Positions 12,701 through 24,290 of a DNA stretch of 64,000 nt are shown here, piece after piece. The DNA comes from Lama guanicoe (lineage: Eukaryota). How positions within the stretch are numbered: the stretch's first letter is position 1; each line of letters begins with the position of its first letter. Under the pieces are notes generated by a model. That model did no database searches, was not told where the DNA came from, and saw nothing but the letters and a program-made list of their open reading frames with translations. The stretch covers positions 1,762,943-1,826,942 of the forward strand of contig MU053216.1 of assembly GCA_013239625.1 (NCBI GenBank), given 5' to 3'. The position numbers and the translations under genes are program-made.

Positions 12701-12805
12701 TATGCACCATCCTGGTCCCCGTGTGTGTGTCGTTTACTCCCGCTGGCCCCTGGGCGTGAGGGGTGCTGTCTCACCGCTGGCCCAGCCCCGGCACAGCGGC
12801 TGCCT

Positions 12806-12823
12806 TACACTAGGGGGCGCCAT
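12806..12823 (+). promoter_or_regulatory. CTCF motif, inside an L2 3'-end remnant
   Basis: TACACTAGGGGGCGCCAT versus core CCACTAGGGGGCGC. Confidence 0.55.
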
Positions 12824-13974
12824 ACACGATAGATGGTGGTTGAATGAGCCCACGACAGAGCAGGTGAGTTACACCTGCGGCAGCAGCGAAGTCTCTAAGT
12901 TTGTTCTAAGGTTTCGGGATGAAGACAGCCCATGGAGCCAGGCCCTGGGTGACAGCACTGTAACACGAGGAAGAAACCCAGCTCTGTGGTTGTCACCCAC
13001 TGGAGTTCCGAGTCAAGTGGGACTTGCCTGCCTGGAGGAATGAGTGGCTGGGGGCATCCCAGGCAGAGACGAGCCCCTGAGTGGGGGAGGGGGCCCTCTC
13101 AGCACAGCAGGTTCTAGAATAGCAGAGTCTAGTTCCCAGCTTCTCTGCCTGTTCCGTGAATTTGGGGTTGGAAGTGTTCCAGAATTTGCATCTGTGTCTC
13201 ACCCCCGGAGTTTGGCCAGCGTGTCCTGGACACGGAAGGGACAGGACTGGAGGGGAGCCCGGAGGTGCTGAGTGTCCACGTGCCGGCGTGGTGCTGAGAG
13301 CTGTCCACGCTCCACTGTCACTCACAGCCCTGTGGCTACATCATCGCTCTTCCCCTGTTTCACCTGGAAAATGTTAAACTTCTGCTTGATTCACAAGCTA
13401 CCTCGATCCCTCCCCCTTCCTTAGTAAACAGGGGAGCCATTTACCGGTTGACTCTAGAAATAATTTTCGATCGAGTCTCTCATTTTGCACAATACAAACC
13501 TTCCCCCATTTTACTGGTTACTGAACCAGCAACAGACACTTCCGGAGCGTTTCGGGTGGTAGAAGTTCCGATTCTAAAGGAGAACGTAAGAGTCGCTCCC
13601 TAGGGCCTGAACAATGCAGGGACAGCTGGAGCCCGGGGAGCCAGGAGTGGCCTTAAAAGGCTGCGTGGGTCAAGGGGGGCAGCGCCTGGCTGACCACGTC
13701 TTGTCAGGCGCGCGGTGCTCAGGCGTGCGATTGTTGAAATCTATTTTATCTTGTTATAAATCCTTTATGATGCAATTGGAACATTCTGTATGTTTCTGCA
13801 CTTACGTATTTAGGTAGGTTATTTAACCCATGAGTTACATTTCAGATGGTTATGGGGGGACTGAAAATATTTGAGAGGTTAGGTTCAATATGGCTGAGAA
13901 TCACTGGGGAAAAAAATGAAAGGGTATCTTTTGATAAGCGCATGGCTTGTCCATAGACAGAAAGAAGGGAGTGA

Positions 13975-14385
13975 CTTTTATGGGGCCTTCTCTGTGCCGG
14001 CGCTGTTCTGAGCGTTTTACATGTATTAACTCATTTATGTGTCACAACAGCCCTATGGAGCGGGTTCTAGAATTACCCATGTTACACAGGTGAGAAAATT
14101 GAGGCACAGAGAAACTGAGTGACTTGTCGAAGGTTACAGTTAAGTGACAGAGTTAAGATGTCTTGGGGGATTATCCTGTCCCAGTTATTTCAAGGAGCTG
14201 TTACGTAAGTTAACCTGTTTTATTCTCATAAATCCTATGAGGTGGGCACTGTTATGTCCCCATCATACAAATAAGAAAAAAAACTGAGGCACAGTGCGAT
14301 CAAGCAGTTTGCCGAAAGTCATGCCGTCTTGGCAGGGCTGGCTTCACACTCAGGCTCCTGGCCCTGGAGCCTGCTCTGAGCCGCC
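13975..14385 (-). mobile_element. Two tandem MIR SINE fragments
   Basis: MIR core seen twice: ...gagaaaattgaggcacagaga...tgacttgtcgaaggttaca and ...aaactgaggcacag.... Confidence 0.85.
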
Positions 14386-15559
14386 TCCCCGCTGGGCCTC
14401 TGGCAGAGGACGCTCTGCTTTGCGGGTTTGGCCATCAAGCTGCCCTCGCTGAAAACAACCTCTGGATAGATATCCAAGGAGATAGCACAAGAAAGCTTTA
14501 TTTTCTTCCTTTCTGTTTTCGTTCTTCTTTTTTTCTAAAATATTGTTGCAGCCAGCTATTTTTGGAGTTTCTAGAATGTCTGGGCATTTGCCACTGTAGG
14601 AGCTGTAGCAGCAGCTTCAGCGGCCCCGTGGTGAGCTCTTACAGTGAAGGTCAGAGAGAGCTGGGACGTGGGGACACGGGTCCCACGAGAACCTTGCGGG
14701 CTGGGGACCCGGCAGGCACACGCAGGCGGCCCGGGGCAGGAGGCACAGAGTGTGGTGAGTGAGGGTCGGGGTGCGCTGCTGTTCTTGGCCAGCTCCTCCT
14801 CCCTGTTGTCATCAGTGGTGCCCAAATCCAAGTCCAGGGGCCCCACGACGTTGGCCGGACTCTCTGAGATGTGCCCCTGACACGGCAGAAAGGAGACCTG
14901 GAAGCTCCTGCTGCTAGTCTTGAACCTGTAGACGTCCTCCTCCCACCTCTCCCTTCTGCTCTGTGTCTGAAGCCTCTGGAGAGGGATCCCTGACCCGTCG
15001 TCCTGCACACCCCCGCCCCCTCCAGCCCACCCCTCACCCTCTGCAGGATGGAGCTGGGCAGAGCAAGTGAGAGCATCAGGTGAGAAGGTCCCCAGTTTCC
15101 CTTCCTGCCACAGACACGTGTGTCATCCACTCCTGCATCTCCGTTTCCCCGTCGCTGGGAAGGCCGTGGCCCTGGCCCCTTCCCAGAGCATCGCTCCTTC
15201 CAGCCCGCAGTGTGCTTGTTACCGTGGTGACAGGCAAGCCGCAGCCCGAGTGCTCACACGGCCTCCTTTCTCTTCCAAGGCCCTGGGCTTGCTGGTTTGG
15301 CTCCAGACCGCAGACCTGGTTCAGGTCTGAGTCACCGCCCGCCTTTGAGGCCCCTGGTGGCGAGGGCTCTGCTCTCTGGGCCTCTGTGCTCGGGGCAGGG
15401 GGGACACGGGACCCGCCGGGCCTCTCGAGGCCTCTGCGGGGCTGGTGGGTGGTCAGGTATGCACATCCCACCGGTCAAAGCGAATCTCAGCCCGAGGTCG
15501 CGGGCAGGAGGCTCTCCACCTCCGGGCGCCCTTGCTGAGCAGGGGTGCCCCTCCCGCCG

Positions 15560-16110
15560 CCCTCCTCCGCGTCCCGGCCCAGGTGAGGCTCCTTCTCTTC
15601 ACTCTCTGTCTCTGCTGCGAACCGGCCCGTCTCTTGCCGGGCCCTCCTGCCCCACAGCCACACGACACGTTCCTTGCCTTCAGGGAGAAACATTCCTTTC
15701 TCCTCGTTCGGCCCGCTGCCGGCTCCTCTTCACCTTCCCACAGAGCCTGTCTGTCCCCTCCCCGCCCCTGTCCGCAGCCCCTGCGTCTCCCGGCCCCACC
15801 CCGGTCCTCCACGCCCGGACCCCGTGGAGCTCGGCGTTGCTGAAGTCCCAGGCCTCCCAGCTCGCAGCCCAGAGCTGCCTCCTTGTTCTGCTTCGCTTTG
15901 TCGGCGCACTTTCCGTGGCCTATTCCTCCTCCTTGGCCTTTCCACGCCTTGGATCCCACAGAACTACTGTCTGCCGGCTCCCCCGTCCCCTGCCGGCTCC
16001 GCAGCGTCTGCGTCCCAGACCCTCCAGCCCTTTAGTCTCTCCTTTGCCCGCACTTGTACTGTCCTGTGCGTGCTGCACGGAGAGAGAACGCACATCCTGA
16101 CCTCCAGCCA
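15560..16110 (+). mobile_element. L2 LINE fragment (RT region), strongly GC/CpG-shifted
   Basis: Pyrimidine-rich sequence collinear with L2 ORF2 (…cctccttgttctgcttcgctttgtcggcgcactttccgtggcctattcctcctccttggcctttccacgccttggatccc…). Confidence 0.55.
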
Positions 16111-16879
16111 GCAGGGTTCCCGGTGATGGCGGACCTGCGACGCCGCGTGGTCACGGCTGCGGCGGGCGCCGTGAAGGACCTTCCTCAGTGGGGGCTCAGC
16201 AGACGTCTGCCTGAAACGGTGTCACCTGAGCCAGCTGTTGAGAGGCCCAGGCTTGGAGACCAGGGGCGGCGTTCTGGGAAGCGCAGACGGCACTGCCCGT
16301 GGCCCAGAAGCGGCCTCGCCGCCCCGAGGCTCTCCCCAGCGCGCCACCCCCATCTGCACTCCGCCTGCTGTTTCCTCCTCGGCTGTCCCGCCTCGGCCGC
16401 TCCCCTGGACGGGGCTTTCTGAGTGCCTGCTGTGTGTCTGGCTGAGCGGCCAGTGGCACCTCAGACTCGATCCTGAATTCCTCTTCTAAGCCTCGGCCTT
16501 GCTGTCCCTCCCCGCACGACGCCATCACCACCTGTCCGCCAAGGCAGAGCCAGGCGGACCCCCGGGTGCGCCCTGCCCCCCTCCTGCCGCAGCCTCCCCG
16601 CCGCCACGTGGCCGCGCGGCCCAGCACAGCCTGCGGGTCCTGCTCCTAAGCGCGCTCAGCTCTGTCCGCTGCCCAGACTCCTTGCTGGCACGAGGTGCTG
16701 GTACCTTGCGGTAACTTGGCCTCCTTCGCCCTTTTTGTCTGTTTGCTTTAAATTTGGGAGTTACTTCGTTTTTTCTTTAGTTGCAGTCTAGGCGGCTTAC
16801 AGTGTTGGTCAGTTTCTGGTGTCCGGCGTAACGTGACCCTCTGCTGTCTTTGTCCAGCACCGATCAGCTCGGGGCTCCT

Positions 16880-17265
16880 GGGAGCTACACCATGTCCACA
16901 GTTGCTCTGTCCCGGCGGCCAAAAGGCGGAGACGCCCAGGTGCCCACCAGCGCCGGCGGGGTAAAGAAACCGTTCATCGCAGCTCGGCTGCGAGAAGGAG
17001 GGAGCCGGCGACTCGAGCGACAGCACGAGCTCGAGCACGGCGTGCCGAGGGGAGCGGCCGGACGCCAGACGCCCCGCCGCCTGCGGCCGCTGCAGGGCTC
17101 GTGCAGACGGGGCCGCGGCGGAGGGCGGGGTGGCTGCGTGACCGCCGCGGGTGTTACCGGGGGTGATGAAAATGTGGAACCGGGCGGAGGGCGTGGCTCA
17201 CAGCGCTGTGCCTGTGCTGAATGCCACTGGACTGTTCACTTCAAAACGGTTCATTTTAGGTCCTG
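16880..17265 (+). mobile_element. L1MB-type 3' UTR, heavily GC-shifted
   Basis: aaaggcggagacgcccaggtgcccacc corresponds to L1 aaaggtggaaacaacccaaatgtccatc. ggggtgatgaaaatg...ctgaatgccactggactgttcacttcaaaacggttcatttta corresponds to the L1MB terminus. Confidence 0.75.
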
Positions 17266-17354
17266 TGGAGAAGAAAGCCAACCTTATCATGACCTTCAAG
17301 AAAGAAGCGCCCTCCCTGAGCCTGCCCCCCCCCCCCCCGGCCACGCTCTTCTCC

Positions 17355-17372
17355 ATCGCCCCCTGGTGGCCG
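17355..17372 (-). promoter_or_regulatory. CTCF motif, near-consensus
   Basis: Reverse complement CGGCCACCAGGGGGCGAT versus consensus TGGCCACCAGGGGGCGCTA. Confidence 0.7.
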
Positions 17373-17411
17373 CCGTCCACACTCCACGCACCTTTTTTTC
17401 CTTAAAACAAT

Positions 17412-17630
17412 TTTTTAAAAATACCTTTATCGGGGTGTAATTCCTGCACAGTAAACTACACGTATTTCAGATGTGTAATTTGATGAGTTTTGATAGATGT
17501 ACACACCCATGAAGCCACCACCGCGATCAGAATAGCTAACATTTCCGTCACTCCCCGAGTGCAAAGTTCGAATTCCCAATTTATCCCTTCCCACCCCCTT
17601 CACCCGCTGGTAACCGTAAGTTCGTTCTCC
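17412..17630 (-). mobile_element. L1M 3' end plus an adjacent younger L1 3'UTR fragment
   Basis: ctttatcggggtgtaattc...tttgatgagttttgatagatgtacacac, then cccaatttatcccttcccacc...ggtaaccgtaagtt. Confidence 0.7.
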
Positions 17631-19639
17631 ATGCCAGGCACCCTGCTGCTGCTGAGACTTTATAAAGCCATTTTCTCTGAGCCCTCTCCCCTTGCCCCCC
17701 CCCCTTTGGTGGGAAAGTCAGAAGACTGCTGAACGTAGCGAAACGCAGGGAACCCAGAATTTCTGGAGTGGAAAAGACCTGGGTTCCACTTCCGGTCCTG
17801 ACACTGACTTGTGACTCGGAGTGCAAGCTGATCAACCTCCTTGAGCCTGGTTTTCCTAACCCTGCACCACCTTCAACACGTGTGACGTCTGTGATCAGGA
17901 CCGGGAGGACTCAAGGCTGCTGGGCCAGCGCGCGCCCCCAGCAGGCTCGAACGCTGGCCGGCAGGAGGGCTGGTGGTCCTGCCCGTCCTTCAAGGCCCGG
18001 GCGTCAGGGTCGCCGCCTCTTCCGTGTTCAGCTCGCTGAGCAGCTCGCGTCCGCCCGCCTCGCACCGCTTGTCCTGCTCTTTCCCGGGGCTGCGAGCTCT
18101 TCAAGTTGGAGGTTCTCTGTTTGTCGGAGGGTTTGCATTTCTTGTGACCCTGCAGCCTTAGGGCTCCCCTGTCTCTCCCCCCAGCTCCTCCTCCTTAGGA
18201 ACCTGAGCTGGATGGGTGGCCTGCCTGGTGGAGTGGAGGGAGCTGGCAGTGCCCTGTGCGTCTGGGCACGTGCATCTCTGGGCTGGGTCTCAGCACAGCG
18301 GTCTGAGCCCAGCAGGTGCTGGGTCCCGGTTCTCTTAAAAATCTAGTGATCTCAGCACCTCTGTTCCAACTGTGGATCCCGGGAGAGAAAATTATGCGAA
18401 CACTTAGCCCTCCTCTCCTGCCCAGCCTGCTGTGTGACCATTTCATCCTCTCCTTCAGGGCTTTTCTGTGTCCATGGCCGGGCATCCTGGTGGACTGCAA
18501 CCGAGGGTGTCTGTGTTCCTTACACACGGGGACCGCAGCACGTGGCCAGCTCGGACCCACGTGCTTGGGAAGAGAGAGCCCCATGCTGGGCGGGAGCCCT
18601 GGGATGGTCCTAGGACCCCAGCAGGATTCTGCTCACATCCACACATTCACTTTACACTTCCCCTGTGCTCGGTGTCCAGCATTTCCGTCCCATGTCACCG
18701 CCCCTCCATGTCCTCTCCTGGCGAATTAGGACTGCCTCTTGCCTGACCCAGGAAAACTCTGAGTTCAGCCCCTAATCGTGCTGTTCCTGTCACCACTGGT
18801 GTCTTCTCACAAAAGCTCTATAAATTTGGTAGACTTTCAAAGCTTCTTAGAACATTAATGCAAACCCATTCATTTTTGTTGTCCAGGATACTAGTTTTCA
18901 GTGTTCTCAGGCTCCTTGGATGAAACTGTCATTTGAAAATCTTGTGATGCTCTGTGCGCCTCCCGCCACCACCCCTGACGGTACCCGTGAGTCCTTTTCC
19001 GAAAAATGAGAAGTCAGTCTGGGCTGAAACTCAGCAGGGGGAGAGGGGAGGCCGGGGCACTGGAGCAGGTACATGCGGCTTCGAACCACATCCGTACCGC
19101 GGCCCCCGCCACGCCACCACCCAGCACGAGGGATGCACTTCATCAGCCTCTCGAGCCCTCGGTCTCCTCGCTGGTGAGTGGACGAAATGCCACATCTAAG
19201 TTTTGTGTTGAGCACCAAGTAAGACTTTTCTAAAGTGCTGGCACAGAGCAGATCTCAACAAACATGAGGCTCTGCTGCCCCTTGTCATCTCCACTTTCTC
19301 TCCAGGCCCTGGGTCATATCGATTGTCCAGAATCAAATTTGCTGAGAGTTTGAAAAAGCTGATATTCTTTTTTTTTCTATTTGGCACTCTATTTTTAAGC
19401 ACCTTAACCGTTCCTCAGTATTTTAAAATAATTGTACGCCTTGTGCTGCTACGATGTTAAATCAGCTAGAGGGTGACAGGTGCGGGGAAACGGCTCACTG
19501 TGGAGTGCTGTGTACCAGGTAGAATCCACAGATCAGGCCTGCAAATCATAACATTGGTAGATCTGATGGAGATAGTGCATGGTGAAGAAAGTAAGGAAGA
19601 AAGTGTGGTATATAACCTAATACCATTACATCAGTGAAA

Positions 19640-19946
19640 AAATGCTCACAGGTTCCTAGGACCTTCTCCTACAGCAATATAAGCCCCAGCATGTGTGGGT
19701 TCATGTACACAGGTCCTTATGCAGCTTTGTTGTGGTGGTAAACACTGAGCCCAGCCTGCATGCTCCTTGGTAAGGGAATCGCTGAATGAACAGTCGAGTG
19801 GTCCTACCAAGGAATATTATGCAGTGATGAAAAGGAATGTATGAGAGCTGCATCCACTGACCTAGAAGGATGACCATGAACTAATCCTGAGTGAGAAAAG
19901 CAAGCAGCAAAGATATGACTAATGAATCCAGTTTCATTAAGCCAGA
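19640..19946 (+). mobile_element. Old L1M (L1ME-like) 3' fragment
   Basis: ggaatattatgcagtgatgaaaaggaatg...tgagtgagaaaagcaagcagcaaa. Confidence 0.7.
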
Positions 19947-20092
19947 NNNNNNNNNNNNNNNNNNNNNNNNNNNNNNNNNNNNNNNNNNNNNNNNNNNNNN
20001 NNNNNNNNNNNNNNNNNNNNNNNNNNNNNNNNNNNNNNNNNNNNNNNNNNNNNNNNNNNNNNNNNNNNNNNNNNNNNNNNNNNNNNNNNNNN
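19947..20092. other. Assembly gap (N run)
   Basis: Run of N. Confidence 1.
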
Positions 20093-20636
20093 ACTAGTTT
20101 AAAGGAGTGAATGACCTGGAGACGTGGAGTGACGGGGCCCTGCCTGTGGTGTTAGCAGCGATCACCTGCTGGGGGTGCAGGGAGCTAAGAAAAAAGACCA
20201 TCGAAGACTAGGAAGAAAACCCCATGATTTCCATGTTTAATAAAAAGTTAGACCGCAGAGGTCCTAGCTCTGATGTCACTTGGAGTGTGCAGACAATGAA
20301 AAGCAAATGAACGAGGACTGGGTTGTAACATGAGGAGATACTGCGTAAGGGGGTTCTGAACAAAAAGAGAAGTATTTGGACGCAAACGGCAATATGCCAG
20401 TGTCCAAACAAACCAAGCAAACGTTCAGCACCTTCGCTGGCTGCTCTGGGTGGGTGGGGAGGCGGGCAGCTGTATGGACCAGTCCATGAATTGAGGCGTC
20501 TGATGAACTCTGCAGCCTGCACCCAAGGTTAAAGTTCAAGTGATGACTTTCCCCGCAAGTAGCTATGAAAGGGGCAGCTGTGGTAGAGCGGACATGTGGC
20601 ACCACAGGTCCAGGCTTTGGGATCAGCTCTTCCCCT

Positions 20637-20730
20637 GAGCATAATCCGAGTGCTGGTGGTCATAACCCAGGGTGACCGTGGTCATGATCCGAGGCTGAGA
20701 GTGGTTATAATCTACGGGTAACTGTGGTTG
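20637..20730 (+). repeat. Degenerate ~22-23-bp tandem repeat (~4 copies)
   Basis: gtggtcataacccagggtgacc / gtggtcatgatccgaggctgaga / gtggttataatctacgggtaact / gtggtt. Confidence 0.6.
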
Positions 20731-22556
20731 GCCAGATCCCCAGAGACATGGAAACTAAAGTTCAGGAAGGGTCGGGGTCAGGCCCCCCAGGTGTGGTCTG
20801 CGCTGCTGGACCGGGGACTCCCAGACGCGACGTGGAGGCACGCGGTCTAGCATACTCTCCTGAGTGGTCGTGGGGGCGGGCCGGCCAGCCCCTCAGTGCG
20901 CTTGCTCTTGAAAGCCACCCGGGGGATCCCTCTGGGAGAATGCTAGCAGTTAACAGTTCCCTTAAATAGTGGCTTTGAACTTCTGGAACTGAAGTGAACC
21001 CACGGTCTGCAAGACTGCCTTGTCTTTTTTATGGCTTTTAGCAGGTTCCCCTATGTCCGCAAGCTGGCATCTTAAAAAGTTTCTTTTGCTTTGTTTTTTT
21101 TCATTTTTAGACTGGCATCCTTTGAACAGCTGACCGTGCTTCTCCTTTGAGAATCCTGCCCCAATGGTTAAGTAGTTTCCTGCAGGAAAACCGTCTCCAG
21201 AAGTCCGCTCGGCGGCGAGCAGTGTGCGGGGACCACAGGCCCACTGCTGGCCCTCCTGTCGGCCGTCGCCCAGGGGCGTTGCACCCTCTCCAGGTCCAGG
21301 TGGGTCGTGTGGGCAGGTGGGCTTGCCAGGCCCGATCTGGGAGCCGGGAGCGGGTGGTCCAGACGTGAGGTGCTGGCCCCGAGCCCCTCCCGCGTGAACA
21401 CAGGCGCCGTCCCTCTGCGGGAACGCGTCCTGTGCGAAGCGCTCATCATAGTTAACGAGCTGTTAGCATTTCCATTAGGGATTTTTTTTAAGGGTTTATA
21501 ACCTGAATAAATACTTTGTTTCAGGGCGAAATCCAGTAACAGGCAAATAGCCCAGGAGCAGCGTTTGCTCCTGTCGATGTTGCTGGGGTGGGGGCTCTGG
21601 CTCTGCCCGTGTTCCTAGCAGACGGAAGCAAACATGTTTAGGGACTACAAATCTTTCCCTTGGGTTAAAAAAAATTTTTTTTACAATCCAGTTGGGCCAC
21701 AGCGCTGTTTGGTATCAACAGAATGCTGCTGGATAGGAGAGCGTGGCCATTACCCGGATGGGGCCAGGATAGCTGCCGGAGGGGTAGGGTGGGGTGCTGG
21801 AGTTGGGGTTCTGAGAGGCCAGCGAGGAGGCCCCAGTGCTGACCTCCCCCTCCACAGTGCGTTCATCTGGCTGTGGTGGGGGCAGGGAGGACCCCAGACC
21901 TTCCTAACAGAACTCAAGGGCGCCCGGCCATCAGGCAGCCCTGACGGTTTCCAGTGGGACCCAGGAAGGATCTGAGTTCCTCCACATCCACGAAGAGGCT
22001 GGGCTCCGGTGTGTCTTCCCAACCCTGGGGGCTCCCCTGAGGCACCTGCACGTGTGACCCAGGCATCCGGCTTTAGAGGGAGGTCATGAGCACCAGTGGA
22101 GCCCTGGCCTGGTACCACGACGAATCCCTAACTGAGGGAAGGAAGGGTTCAAGGCCGGCGGGGAGGTGAGCGAGCCCAGTCTGGGTGAGAGGACGTGGGG
22201 TTCTGCTCTGGGGTCCTCTGATGGGGGAACCCCAGGCTCCAAGAGGCACAGAGCTGTAAGGGGGTGTCAATGGCACGGCCAGGCCGGAGAGGAGGCCCTG
22301 AGGAGAGAAGGGTGATTTCACGATCCAGGGAGTGCAGACCTAAGTGACGTGGCGCGTAAGCTTCCAGGACCACGTGGAGAAAACTGGGAGTGGTGTCAGG
22401 ACGTGGCCGGCCCGCCAGCTCCCACCCCTTCTGCTGGCTTTGGGGGAGTGGCTGCTGGAGTCGGATAGAACCCTGGGCTCTCTGAGGACCCCATCCCAGA
22501 CCCAGGTTTTGAGGGATGGTGGGTTAAGGTGGCTTCTTGTCCCACCCACCTGGGTC

Positions 22557-22655
22557 TTTCTTTCCTTTTTTAAACTTCAGTGGAGGTGCTGGGGATGGAA
22601 CCCAGGACCTCGTGTGTGCTGGGTCCGTGCTCCAACGCTGAGCTACACCCTCCCC
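22557..22655 (-). mobile_element. Vic-1-type SINE (short form), at the 3' end of an L1
   Basis: ggaggtgctggggatggaacccaggacctcgtg...gctgagctacaccctcccc. Confidence 0.85.
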
Positions 22656-22659
22656 AGCT

Positions 22660-23720
22660 CTGACCGTGTTTTAGTGTGAGGTCAGCGGCATTAAATGCGT
22701 TCACACTGTCGTGTGACCAGCCATCATCCCCCAGAGAACTTTCTCCATCTTCCCAACTAAAACTCTGTGGCCAATAAACAACCCCCTCCCCAGCCCCCAG
22801 CCCCCACCACCTTCTGCTCCCTGTCTCTGTGAATCTGAGCACTCCAGGGGCTTCACGCAGCAGAGGCGTACCATGTTTGTCCTTTGTGATGGCTTATTTG
22901 CTTAGAATAATGTCTTCAGGGTTCACCCACGGTGGAGCACTGTGTCCAAATTTCATTCCCTTTAGGGCCGCACAATGTTCTGTGGTGCGCACAGACCACA
23001 GCTGGTTTGTTCCTTCGTCTGTTAACGGACCCGGGGTTGTCTGTACCTCTTGGCCGCTGTGAATAAGGCCACTGTGAACGTGGTGCACAAACGTCTGCTC
23101 GAGTCCCTGCCTTCCGTTCCTGAGTCAGTGCCCGGGAGTGGGCTTCCTGGGTGGTGAGGTCATCCTGTGTGTAAGGTTTTGAGGAAACACCACGCTGTTC
23201 TCCCAGTGCCTGCGCCGTTTTACATTCCTGCCAGCAGCGCACAGAGGTTCCGGTTTCTCCACATCCGTGTCAACACTGGCTGTTCTCTGCTTTGTTTTGT
23301 TTTCGAATAGTAGCCATCCTAATGGGTGTGCGGTGGTATCTTATTTGGGCTTGGATTTGCATTTCCCTAATGGTTAGTGGTGGTGAGCGTTTTTTCATGT
23401 GCTTGTTGGCTATTGATGTATTTTCTTTGGAGAAATGGCCGTTCAAGTTCTTTGCCCATTTTTAAATTGGCTTTTTCTTTTTACTGATGAGTTGTAGGAG
23501 TTCTTTATATATTCTGGGTATCAATCCATTGTCAGAGGTCTGTTTTGTAAGTATTTCCTTCCATTCCACGGGTTGCCTTTTCATTCTGTTGACAGCGTCC
23601 TTCGACGCACAGGTGCTAAGTTTTGCTTTTGTCTGATTCACCTAGTTTTTCATTTGTTGTCTGTGCATCTGGTGTCATAGTCAGAAATCGTTGCCAAATC
23701 CAGTGTCGTGAGCTTTTCTC
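22660..23720 (-). mobile_element. L1MB-type element (3'UTR plus ORF2 C-terminal region)
   Basis: Antisense L1: tagccatcctaatgggtgtgcggtggtatc...tttgcatttccctaatg...tttggagaaatg...ttctttatatattctgg. Confidence 0.9.
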
Positions 23721-23849
23721 TGTTGGAGGTTATTTTAACCCACCTTTTCCATCATTTTTCTTGCCCTCAGGATCAAATCTAAACTCATCCTGGTGCTTAG
23801 GGTTCTTTATGCCTGAGCCCCGGTGAAAATACACCCTCTTGCTTATTCG

Positions 23850-24290
23850 TTCAGAAACTCAATGCATATTTATTGAATGTGAGCACATTTTAGGCACTGG
23901 AAGCAAAATAGATGAAAATCTTTGTTCTTGTGGGTCTTACCATCTAGTGAAGGAGCACAGAAAACAAGGTACAGATGTAAATAAATTCTGCATTTATGTA
24001 AAATTATGTAAGAGGGTAGATAGTAGCATTCTCGGCCATCAGTAGGTGATAACCACTGTGTGGAAAGGAAAACAGATCAGGGTAAGAAGGTTTGGGGTCC
24101 TTGAGTGGAGGGCTGGTTTGCAATTTTAAGAAAGTTTTAGGGTAGACCTCTGAGTGGGGAGGGCGTGATCCCTGTGGGTATCTGGGCAAGAGCCTGTGCA
24201 AAGGTCCTGAGGTGGGAGTGTATGGGAATCTGCTAGGGGATTATCACGAGAATCCAGGTGCAAGACGGTGGTGGCTTGGGTCAGAGGGCT
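23850..24290 (-). mobile_element. L2 3' fragment
   Basis: tcaatgcatatttattgaatgtgagc...taggcactgg...tgtgcaaaggtcctgaggtgggag. Confidence 0.7.

Noticed and set aside
16850-17440. 196-aa ORF resembling a basic protein
   Set aside because: It is a GC-converted L1 3'UTR whose stop codons were lost through AT->GC changes.
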